A stretch of 36,157 bases of DNA, taken from NCBI GenBank assembly GCA_007122745.1, contig SKTA01000071.1, positions 1 through 36,157 of the forward strand, in the 5' to 3' direction. The notes below the pieces were generated by a model, which was given only the letters and a program-made list of their open reading frames with translations, made no database searches and had not been told where the DNA came from. The DNA is from Bacteroidales bacterium (GTDB lineage Bacteria > Bacteroidota > Bacteroidia > Bacteroidales > UBA7960). Positions within the stretch are counted from its first letter, which is position 1, and each line of letters begins with the position of its first letter. This document shows positions 15,207 through 23,377 of the stretch, one piece after another. A program made the position numbers and the translations under genes.

Positions 15207-16733
15207 TTATGGTCGCAACCTGATGCGATCTGCAACAATGCTTGAAATTTTCTCTACAGGAATCCTTTCCTGTTGCATTGTGTCCCTTTCCCTGATAGTT
15301 ACGGTGTTGTCTTCAAGAGTTTGATGATCGATGGTGATGCAGTAGGGTGTTCCTATGGCATCCTGCCTGCGGTAGCGTCTTCCAATCGCATCTTTATCTT
15401 CATACTGACAAAGAAAATCGTATTTAAGGGTGTCAAATATCTCTCTGCCCTTTTCCGGAAGGCCGTCTTTTTTCATCAACGGCAATACAGCCACTTTTAT
15501 AGGCGCAAGTGCCGGTGTTATGTTCATGACAACGCGCTGACTGCCATCTTCCAGTGTTTCTTCGTTGTAGGCATGGCTAACGATGGCAAGGAACATGCGG
15601 TCAAGACCAATGGATGTTTCTACCACATAGGGCACATAACTTTCGTTGGTTTCGGGGTCAAAATATTGTAACTTTTTGCCCGAGTGCTTTTGGTGTGCGC
15701 CGAGGTCAAAGTCGGTGCGGGAGTGCACACCTTCCAGTTCCCTGAACCCAAAGGGAAACTCAAACTCAATGTCAACGGCAGCATTGGCGTAGTGTGCCAG
15801 TTTTTCGTGTTCGTGAACCCTAAAGTGTTTGGTCGGAATTCCAAGTGCCAGATGCCACTTCATCCGCTCCTCCTTCCAGTATTCATACCATTCTTTTTCT
15901 TCTCCCGGCCGAACAAAAAACTGCATTTCCATCTGTTCAAACTCACGCATCCTGAAGACAAACTGACGGGCAACGATCTCGTTGCGAAACGCTTTTCCGA
16001 TTTGTGCAATCCCAAAGGGAAGCTTTTTTCTGCCGGTTTTCTGAACATTCAGGTAGTTAACAAAAATGCCCTGGGCCGTTTCCGGGCGCAGATAGACCTG
16101 GGAAGCACCGTCGTTCAAAGACCCCATCTGGGAACTGAACATGAGGTTAAACTGGCGCACATCGGTCCAGTTGCGGGAACCTGAAACCGGACAGGCAATG
16201 CCCAGCTCTTCGATCAGGGCCTTGATTTCGCCAAGGCGATCCGCTTCAAGTGCCTTTACAAAACGCTTATTTATGTCTGCGATCTTTTCAATATTTGCCA
16301 GAACCCGTGGGTTTGTTTTGCGAAACATCGCCTCATCAAAAGTGTCTCCAAAACGTTTTTCCGCTTTCCGAACCTCTTTTTCAATCTTTTCTTCCAGCTT
16401 GGCGACATGCTCTTCGATCAGAACATCGGCGCGGTATCTTTTCTTGGAGTCCTTGTTGTCGATTAAAGGATCGTTGAAAGCATCAACGTGTCCGGAAGCT
16501 TTCCAAACAGCCGGATGCATGAATATTGCCGCATCAATACCAACAATATCCTCATGATATTGCACCATCGATTTCCACCAGTAATCCTTGATGTTATTCT
16601 TTAATTCAGCACCATTCTGACCATAGTCATAAACAGCACTTAATCCGTCATAGATCTCACTCGATTGAAAAATAAAACCGTATTCTTTACAGTGTGCGAT
16701 AATCTTTTTAAAACGGTCTTCTGTGTTAGCCAT
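15207..16733 (-). CDS. glyQS: Glycine--tRNA ligase (homodimeric alpha2 class II type)
   Basis: 508 aa. The N-terminus FKKIIAHCKEYGFIFQSSEIYDGLSAVYDYGQNGAELKNNIKDYWW and the blocks YLRPETAQGIFVNY, FRNEI and GLDR are characteristic. Confidence 0.95.
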   Translation of the reverse strand: MANTEDRFKKIIAHCKEYGFIFQSSEIYDGLSAVYDYGQNGAELKNNIKDYWWKSMVQYHEDIVGIDAAIFMHPAVWKASGHVDAFNDPLIDNKDSKKRYRADVLIEEHVAKLEEKIEKEVRKAEKRFGDTFDEAMFRKTNPRVLANIEKIADINKRFVKALEADRLGEIKALIEELGIACPVSGSRNWTDVRQFNLMFSSQMGSLNDGASQVYLRPETAQGIFVNYLNVQKTGRKKLPFGIAQIGKAFRNEIVARQFVFRMREFEQMEMQFFVRPGEEKEWYEYWKEERMKWHLALGIPTKHFRVHEHEKLAHYANAAVDIEFEFPFGFRELEGVHSRTDFDLGAHQKHSGKKLQYFDPETNESYVPYVVETSIGLDRMFLAIVSHAYNEETLEDGSQRVVMNITPALAPIKVAVLPLMKKDGLPEKGREIFDTLKYDFLCQYEDKDAIGRRYRRQDAIGTPYCITIDHQTLEDNTVTIRERDTMQQERIPVEKISSIVADRIRLRP

Positions 16734-16742
16734 TTAAAGTAG

Positions 16743-16766
16743 TGTTTAGTTGTTTAGATGTTTAGT
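16743..16766. repeat. Three tandem 8-bp units (TGTTTAGn; CTAAACA on the coding strand) in the lipid-kinase/glyQS junction
   Basis: tgtttag occurs at 16743-16749, 16751-16757 and 16759-16765, a period of 8. The array spans the upstream gene's stop codon (16762-16764) and the 28-nt leader of glyQS. Confidence 0.8.
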
Positions 16767-17691
16767 TGATAACCACTCTGACGCTTTTTGGAACAATGTT
16801 GAACTCGAAAGGTGAATGCCCGAGAGACTCTCCGTCAGCCTCAAGCAATATGGGTGTATCCGACTCAATTACAATGTGTTTTGCCAAAAAACTCTCCACA
16901 TGTTTGTATTTTTTGATGGTACCGTTATAAAGCCTGTTGACGTTGGCCAAAACGGATAGTTTTGTTAAATCCTTGATCACGGTCAGGTCAAACAAACCAT
17001 CGTCTGTTTTTGCATCCGGAGCCTGTCGCATCCCACCACCATTGTATTGTCCGATCCCAACCCCAACACTGAAAATTTTGTCCCGTATTATTTTTCCGTC
17101 AACAATGATCTTTGTGCCACAAGACTTATATGAAAACAACGAACTGATCAGGTTTTTCAGGTACAGCATCGGATTGCCCTTACCCCTGATTTTGTCTGCA
17201 TTTGTTTTTTGAGCAACCAGTCCGTCGAAACCCAATCCGGCCATGTTGATAAAATAACGCATCTTTTCACGGTTGTTGTTGTAATACTTTACCGTTCCGG
17301 CGTCCTGAATGAGCGTTTTTTCTTTTTTGAGAATTCTTATGGCTCCGTCGTAATCCAGCGGGATGTTGTAAGTCCTTACCCAATCGTTGCCCGTCCCTAC
17401 TGAGATTATCCCCAAGGTTATTTCCGTTGTTGGAACGGTTTGTTGACTGAAGATTCCGTTGACCACCTCATTCATGGTGCCATCACCACCCACTGAAATA
17501 ATTTTCCGAAACCCCAGGGCAACATTTTCTTCAACAATGTCAACTGCATGCAACGGTCCTTTGGTGTAAACCGCGTGAAAATCGATTTCGTGCTTTTCCA
17601 GAAGTTCAGAAATGCGATTCCAGTCTCTCCGGACTTTTCCTATGCCTGCATTGGGATTTACGACCGCCAGCCATTCTTTCATAATTGTCAT
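16762..17691 (-). CDS. YegS/BmrU-family diacylglycerol/lipid kinase
   Basis: 309 aa with AVVNPNAG near the N-terminus and the GGDGTMNEVVNG catalytic-domain motif. An alternative ATG lies at 17682. Confidence 0.85.
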   Translation of the reverse strand: MTIMKEWLAVVNPNAGIGKVRRDWNRISELLEKHEIDFHAVYTKGPLHAVDIVEENVALGFRKIISVGGDGTMNEVVNGIFSQQTVPTTEITLGIISVGTGNDWVRTYNIPLDYDGAIRILKKEKTLIQDAGTVKYYNNNREKMRYFINMAGLGFDGLVAQKTNADKIRGKGNPMLYLKNLISSLFSYKSCGTKIIVDGKIIRDKIFSVGVGIGQYNGGGMRQAPDAKTDDGLFDLTVIKDLTKLSVLANVNRLYNGTIKKYKHVESFLAKHIVIESDTPILLEADGESLGHSPFEFNIVPKSVRVVIN

Positions 17692-17766
17692 TTTAAAAGC
17701 AAAAAACGATAAAACAAACCCACCTTATTTTTTGCAAGCTGCAAAATTACGAAAAATAGATCAACC

Positions 17767-18756
17767 TCAGGCTAAAATGTTATCCATCAGGTGCTGGGCA
17801 ATCTGTACGGCATTGGTTGCCGCCCCTTTGCGCAGGTTGTCTGCAACGATCCACATATCCAGACCATAAGCGACGGAGTGGTCTCTCCGGAGTCTGCCAA
17901 CAAATACCTCATCCCTGCCTTCTGCGAATTTTGGCATCGGATACATGTTTTCACCCGGATTGTCTTCAACAACAATTCCTGTTGTTTCGCTGAGCATTTT
18001 TCTGATATCGGCCAGCTGGAAGTCTTTTTCAAATTCGACATTTACCGCTTCTGAATGGCCGCCAATCACAGGAATCCTGACAACGGTGGCGGTAATTTTT
18101 ATCTCAGGACTTTCCAGTATTTTTCGCGTCTCATCCACCAACTTCATCTCCTCAGAAGAATAGCCGTTGTCAAGGAAAATTCCGCCATGTGGAAAACAGT
18201 TTAAGTCAATAGGGTGGGGATAAGCCATTTCTCCCTGAATGCCTGCTCGTTCGTTGTTCAGTTGTTGCACAGCCTTCACACCTGTTCCCGTCACCGACTG
18301 GTAAGTGGCGATCACCAGGCGGCAGATGCCGAAAGCCTTATGGATGGGAGCCAGCGCAAGAACCATCTGTATGGTGCTGCAGTTGGGGTTGGCAATGATC
18401 TTTGTGTCTTTCGTAATGGTATGCGCATTCACCTCCGGTACCACAAGAGGAACCCGGGCATCTCCCCGCCATGCAGAGGAATTATCAATCACAAAACTCC
18501 CTTTTTCGGCAAACATGGGAGCAAATTTTTTGGATGCTTCAGACCCTGCAGAAAAGATCACAATGTCAGGGGCTGCGTCAACAGCATCTTCAACGGAAAC
18601 AAGATTGTGAACATTTCCTTTAAACATAACTTCACGTCCCACAGAACGTGATGATGCACACGGAATAAATGTTGAAACAGGAAGGTTCCGCTCTTCCAGC
18701 ACTTTGACCATGACCTGACCCACCAAACCGGTTGCGCCCACTAAAGCTAAGACCAT
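17767..18756 (-). CDS. asd: Aspartate-semialdehyde dehydrogenase
   Basis: 329 aa with the Rossmann N-terminus LALVGATGLVGQ, the active-site block IANPNCSTIQMV, and TYQSVTGTG. Confidence 0.95.
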   Translation of the reverse strand: MVLALVGATGLVGQVMVKVLEERNLPVSTFIPCASSRSVGREVMFKGNVHNLVSVEDAVDAAPDIVIFSAGSEASKKFAPMFAEKGSFVIDNSSAWRGDARVPLVVPEVNAHTITKDTKIIANPNCSTIQMVLALAPIHKAFGICRLVIATYQSVTGTGVKAVQQLNNERAGIQGEMAYPHPIDLNCFPHGGIFLDNGYSSEEMKLVDETRKILESPEIKITATVVRIPVIGGHSEAVNVEFEKDFQLADIRKMLSETTGIVVEDNPGENMYPMPKFAEGRDEVFVGRLRRDHSVAYGLDMWIVADNLRKGAATNAVQIAQHLMDNILA

Positions 18757-18868
18757 ATAAACAAAAATTAATACCTAAAACAAAAATACATAGACAAAAA
18801 ACAAAACAATTCAATTAGTAGTACTATTTTTACACTTAATGTCATCTGTTACAAAAATAACGTAAGAA

Positions 18869-21472
18869 ATGAGATATTTAATCTTTTTAAGCTGCATTTG
18901 TATGCCTTCAATCCTTTTTGGTCAGTTTTCCGATGATTTCAGTGATGGTGACTTTACCCATGACCCATCCTGGACGGGAGATGCTGAAAAATTTACCGTG
19001 GAAGGGGGGTTGCTACGATTGATTGACTCGGCAGCCGGCATGGCTTACCTGGCCACAGCGAGTGGGGTAATGGATCACACACAATGGGATTTCTGGGTCC
19101 GCATTGCCTTTACCCCTTCTGACAATAATCATCCACGCATATACCTCACCAGTAACACCGGGGATCTTAAGGCTCCGCTCCAGGGATACTTTTTGCAGAT
19201 CGGGAAAAACGGTGGTGATAATAAAAGACTTTATTTTTATCGTCAGGATGGGTCTGAAACAAATCTTCTGATGACCGGCAGCATGAACATTGCCACCGGT
19301 ACAAACAATATATTGCGGGTTCGTGTACTGCGGGACGGTGCCGGTTTTTGGCAGTTTTTTGCCGATCCCGCAGGAAGCACGATGTTTATTCCTCAGGGAG
19401 AGGCATTTGACAACACGTATACCAGCACTGAATGGTTCGGTGTCAGATGCACTTATACTGCCAGCAACAGCAACCGTTTTTATTTTGATGATTTCAGGGT
19501 GGGGGAGATCATTCCCGAAGATCCGCCTTATGTGCACCGGATACAGGTAGTTGCCCCAAACACGCTGGATGTTATGTTTAGCCGTATCGTAACAGAAAAC
19601 TCAGCAGGTAACAACCTAAACTATTATGTGAGTGACGGACCCGGACATCCGATTGTGGCTGCCTTTGACGATCAATACCCATATAAGGTCAGGCTTTTAT
19701 TTGCAGAGAATTTTGATCAGAACCGTCTTTATTCCATTCAGGTAACAGGAATTCAAAGTCCGGATGGTCAGATGATGGAACCGTATGAGGGTGATTTTGT
19801 AAACTATGTGTCGCAACGGTTTGACATCGTTTTCAATGAACTGATGGTGAACAGCAGGCCGGAAGTTTCATTGCCCCCTTTCGACTGGCTGGAGCTGTAT
19901 AACACGACCGATCTGCCCATTAACATTGAAGGCTGGACACTACAGCATGGCACCACCATGCGGGAGTTACCTGCCGCGCTGGTTCCATCGCGCAGCTATC
20001 TTGTTTTGACAACAGAAGCTGCTTTCCCTTTTATGGAAGCATATGGAAACGTAGTTGCCGTGCCGGGCCTTTCAGCCAATGCGCTCACAATCGGAGGTAC
20101 GCAATTGGTGCTATGGGACAACGCTCAAAAACTGGTATCCTTTGTTACCTACACAGATCAGTGGTACCGCAACCCATCCAAGTCATCGGGTGGCTGGTCC
20201 CTGGAAAAAATTGATCCTTACAACTATTGTCAGGGTGCTGAAAACTGGATCGCTTCTGAAGACCCAAGAGGTGGCAGTCCGGGCATAGCCAACCCGGTAA
20301 GAGCCGACAATCCGGACCTGTCGCCACCCCGATTGCTTAGGGCAGGATTTATCGATAGCCTGAACGTTGTGCTGTGGTTTTCAGAACCCATGGATGATGA
20401 AGCTCTCTGGAAGGCAGATCATTATATTATAGATCAAGGCATTGGAAACCCATTGTCGGCAAGCCCTGTGGGTCCCGACTTCTCCTGTGTCCACTTGCAA
20501 CTGGTGGAACCCTTGCAAAAGGATCTCATCTACAACATTACTGCAAGCGATCTGTTTGCTGATTGCGCAGGCAACACACTGAGCGGGTATACCGCCCGGC
20601 TTGCAGTTCCACGAAAAGCCCCAGAGGGTGACATCATCATCAATGAAGTGCTTTTTAATCCTCCCTATTTCGGGTCCCGTTATGTGGAACTTTATAACCG
20701 GTCCGGTCAAGTTTTTGATATGGCCGATTATTTTCTGACATCAAAGGATACTGTTGAACATAATCTGATTACGCTTCAAACCATAAGCAATGTCTCCTAT
20801 CTGTTCTTCCCCGGTGATTACCTGGTGCTTTCAGCCGACACATCAGCGGTAAAAGGTACTTTTTTAATCCCCGATCCGGATGCTTTTCTGGAGTTAGCCG
20901 GTATGCCACGCATGACCAACGCAGAGGGGATCATTGTATTGGCAAACAAGAGCCACCAAATCATTGATAAGATGCATTACAACGAAGCCATGCATCTGCC
21001 AATGCTCTCCAATGTTAAGGGGGTTGCACTGGAGCGAATTCATCCTGACAGGCCAACCGGTGATAGATTTAACTGGCATTCAGCTTCAGCATCTTCAGGG
21101 TTTGGAACGCCTGCTTATCAAAATTCGCAGCATGCAACCTATCATAAACCGGAAGGGTTTGAGGTTGAAATTGTTCCCAAAGTGTTTGCACCCGACGGGA
21201 GTGGAAAAGACGACCTGTTGCATGTTCACTATGCATTGGAACAACCGGGATATGTCGCCAATGTGCGTATTTATGACAGCAAGGGACGAGCGGTTCGTCA
21301 ACTTGCCAAAGGGGAACTGATGGCCACCTCAGGAGTGTTCACCTGGGATGGTACTACAGATGCCGGAATGAAGGCGGCCATCGGCGTTTATGTCATACAC
21401 CTGGAGCTTTTTAACAAACAGGGTTCGGTTAGAAATTTTAAGAGAACTGCGGTTCTTGCAGGTTCTTTTTGA
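18869..21472 (+). CDS. Secreted protein with two lamin-tail domains (LTD) and a C-terminal FlgD-Ig/T9SS-type-B-like beta-sandwich
   Basis: 867 aa with a signal peptide. LTD-like segments are IVFNELMVNSRPEVSLPPFDWLELYNTTDLPINIEGWTL and IIINEVLFNPPYFGSRYVELYNRSGQVFDMADYFL. The C-terminus is FAPDGSGKDDLLHVHY...VRIYDSKGRAVRQL...FTWDGTTDAG...GVYVIHLEL. Confidence 0.75.
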   Translation: MRYLIFLSCICMPSILFGQFSDDFSDGDFTHDPSWTGDAEKFTVEGGLLRLIDSAAGMAYLATASGVMDHTQWDFWVRIAFTPSDNNHPRIYLTSNTGDLKAPLQGYFLQIGKNGGDNKRLYFYRQDGSETNLLMTGSMNIATGTNNILRVRVLRDGAGFWQFFADPAGSTMFIPQGEAFDNTYTSTEWFGVRCTYTASNSNRFYFDDFRVGEIIPEDPPYVHRIQVVAPNTLDVMFSRIVTENSAGNNLNYYVSDGPGHPIVAAFDDQYPYKVRLLFAENFDQNRLYSIQVTGIQSPDGQMMEPYEGDFVNYVSQRFDIVFNELMVNSRPEVSLPPFDWLELYNTTDLPINIEGWTLQHGTTMRELPAALVPSRSYLVLTTEAAFPFMEAYGNVVAVPGLSANALTIGGTQLVLWDNAQKLVSFVTYTDQWYRNPSKSSGGWSLEKIDPYNYCQGAENWIASEDPRGGSPGIANPVRADNPDLSPPRLLRAGFIDSLNVVLWFSEPMDDEALWKADHYIIDQGIGNPLSASPVGPDFSCVHLQLVEPLQKDLIYNITASDLFADCAGNTLSGYTARLAVPRKAPEGDIIINEVLFNPPYFGSRYVELYNRSGQVFDMADYFLTSKDTVEHNLITLQTISNVSYLFFPGDYLVLSADTSAVKGTFLIPDPDAFLELAGMPRMTNAEGIIVLANKSHQIIDKMHYNEAMHLPMLSNVKGVALERIHPDRPTGDRFNWHSASASSGFGTPAYQNSQHATYHKPEGFEVEIVPKVFAPDGSGKDDLLHVHYALEQPGYVANVRIYDSKGRAVRQLAKGELMATSGVFTWDGTTDAGMKAAIGVYVIHLELFNKQGSVRNFKRTAVLAGSF

Positions 21473-21475
21473 GTT

Positions 21476-22183
21476 TTAATCGGTAATGGCAAGGGTAGCA
21501 ATCCATACCCGTACCCCCTTAGTTTGAAGCAGTTTTTCAACGCAGGCTTCAAGTGTTGCCCCTGTGGTGATCACATCATCAACTAAAAGAATCGATTTTT
21601 GCTCCAGCAAAGCAGTATTAGGTGTTTCAAAGACAGAGGACACATTTTGCCAGCGCTGCAACCTGTCTTTCCTGGTTTGTGTTTCGGTGTGCTTGCTTCG
21701 GATCAGTAAATCTGTCCGGAATTTAATCTTCATGCTTTTCGCGATTCCCTTTGCAATTACGGCACTTTGGTTAAACCCGCGCTTGCGCTCTTTGTCAGGA
21801 TGCAATGGTACAGGAATTACACAGTTTATAGAATTGTAAAGATCAGATTGGGCCATGTTATTTCCAAGGATTGTTCCAAGATAATGACCAAGATCAATAT
21901 TCCCTTTGTATTTAAACTGGTGAATCACACGTTGTACCTTCCCCTTTTTGTGAAAGAAGTATAATGCAGTACCGGTCTCAATTTTCTGACGGCCCCAGAA
22001 TATTCTGGAAAGCTGGTTTTCTTTGTGTTTATGAAACCGTGTTTGCGGCAATAAGGTTCGACATAATGTGCATAAGTGTTTTTCATGGGTCATCAGGCAC
22101 CTTTTGCATGCAGAACATGTTTCAGGGTAAACCAAAGAGATGAAGTTTTTTATATACAGCCTGACCATACCTGAAAAGCTCAT
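21476..22183 (-). CDS. comF: ComF-family phosphoribosyltransferase-domain protein
   Basis: 235 aa with an N-terminal Cys cluster (CSACKRC...CTLC) and the PRTase motif ILLVDDVITTGATLEA. Confidence 0.85.
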   Translation of the reverse strand: MSFSGMVRLYIKNFISLVYPETCSACKRCLMTHEKHLCTLCRTLLPQTRFHKHKENQLSRIFWGRQKIETGTALYFFHKKGKVQRVIHQFKYKGNIDLGHYLGTILGNNMAQSDLYNSINCVIPVPLHPDKERKRGFNQSAVIAKGIAKSMKIKFRTDLLIRSKHTETQTRKDRLQRWQNVSSVFETPNTALLEQKSILLVDDVITTGATLEACVEKLLQTKGVRVWIATLAITD

Positions 22184-22424
22184 AAAATCACATAAATTGT
22201 GTAAATTTGTCGCGCCTTATTTGCGAGCAATAATTTGACCAATTGCAGTGTTGGCGTTTTGTTTGGAATGCTTGAGTAAAAACGCGCTAATGCAGGCAAA
22301 AATAACAACAAGCGTGCAAGGAATAAAGATAAGGAGTTAACTAATTTAGCTATTGGTCGTTTTTTTCTTTTGTGCGCCCAAAAATTGAATGAATCAGAAA
22401 CCACGATAACAGAATTTGTCAAAA

Positions 22425-23351
22425 ATGGAAACGCAATCAAATCAGGAATCCCGGATGCCTCAAAAGTCCGGAAAAAACGAGAACATCTACCGCATAACGA
22501 TAGCGGTTTTGGGTGTATTGGTATTATTATTGGCGATTTTGTGGTATACGGGTCGTCAATCATTAAAGGAGGTAACCCATGAGCGTGAAGTAGCCATGAT
22601 CCTTACAGAAGAACTGCAACTTGAGCTTGATTCGGTTTTGGACGAGTATTACACGGTAAAGTTGGAATACGACAGCATTCTTGTAGACAAAGACAGCATC
22701 ATTCAGGCCAATGCCAGGGAAATCCAGAGCCTTATCGCCCGTCAGGCCGATTATTACAGGATCCGTCGTCAGCTCAATTTGCTTAGAGAGGTAACACAGA
22801 ATTACGTGAAGGAGATTGATAGCCTTTATACGGAAAACAAGGTGTTAAAGGCTGAAAACATACAGATGCGTGAAGAGATCCTTCAGGTACAACGCCGAAC
22901 CACAGAGTTGACACAAAATAAGGCAGAACTGGAAACAAAGGTAGAAGTTGCCTCCGAACTGCGTGCCTATCAAATTGACGCTTTCCCTTTTCGTCTGCGT
23001 GGCCGCGGACGGGAGGATGAAACGGACAGGGCAGGAAGGGTGGAACAGGTTCGTGTCTGTTTCCTGATTGGTGAAAACCCCATAACCCCGGCAGGAGAGC
23101 ACAATGTATATATGCGAATTGCTGACCCATACGGACAGATCCTCAGGGGTAGTGACGATATTGCATACTCTTTTGTGCACCAGGAAGACACCTTGCAATA
23201 TTCCGTAAAAGGTACCATCGACTATCAAAACAGACAAATGAATAAATGCCTTACCTGGCAACGTATTGCAGAGTTCGAACCGGGTGTTTATGACATCTCA
23301 CTTTATACCGACGAATACCGTTTGGGCGATTCAGCCTTTGAATTGCGCTAA
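22425..23351 (+). CDS. Membrane-anchored coiled-coil protein of unknown function
   Basis: The track ORF starts at TTG 22416. I prefer the ATG at 22425 (METQSNQES...). It has one TM helix (ITIAVLGVLVLLLAILWY), about 130 aa of heptad-rich sequence, then a roughly 110-aa probably beta-rich C-terminal domain. No family recognised. Confidence 0.7.
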   Translation: METQSNQESRMPQKSGKNENIYRITIAVLGVLVLLLAILWYTGRQSLKEVTHEREVAMILTEELQLELDSVLDEYYTVKLEYDSILVDKDSIIQANAREIQSLIARQADYYRIRRQLNLLREVTQNYVKEIDSLYTENKVLKAENIQMREEILQVQRRTTELTQNKAELETKVEVASELRAYQIDAFPFRLRGRGREDETDRAGRVEQVRVCFLIGENPITPAGEHNVYMRIADPYGQILRGSDDIAYSFVHQEDTLQYSVKGTIDYQNRQMNKCLTWQRIAEFEPGVYDISLYTDEYRLGDSAFELR

Positions 23352-23377
23352 CCTTTTAACACAAAAATTGCACATAA

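Noticed and set aside
15273-16557. Several 130-166-aa + strand ORFs opposite glyQS
   Set aside because: These are shadow ORFs of a highly conserved aminoacyl-tRNA synthetase gene. Their translations are Ser/Arg/Phe-rich nonsense.
22180-22563. 127-aa minus-strand ORF spanning the comF/coiled-coil intergenic region
   Set aside because: It overlaps the start of the + strand gene and has no motifs, signal or plausible promoter. It would also need to overlap the comF start by 4 nt in an unlikely arrangement.
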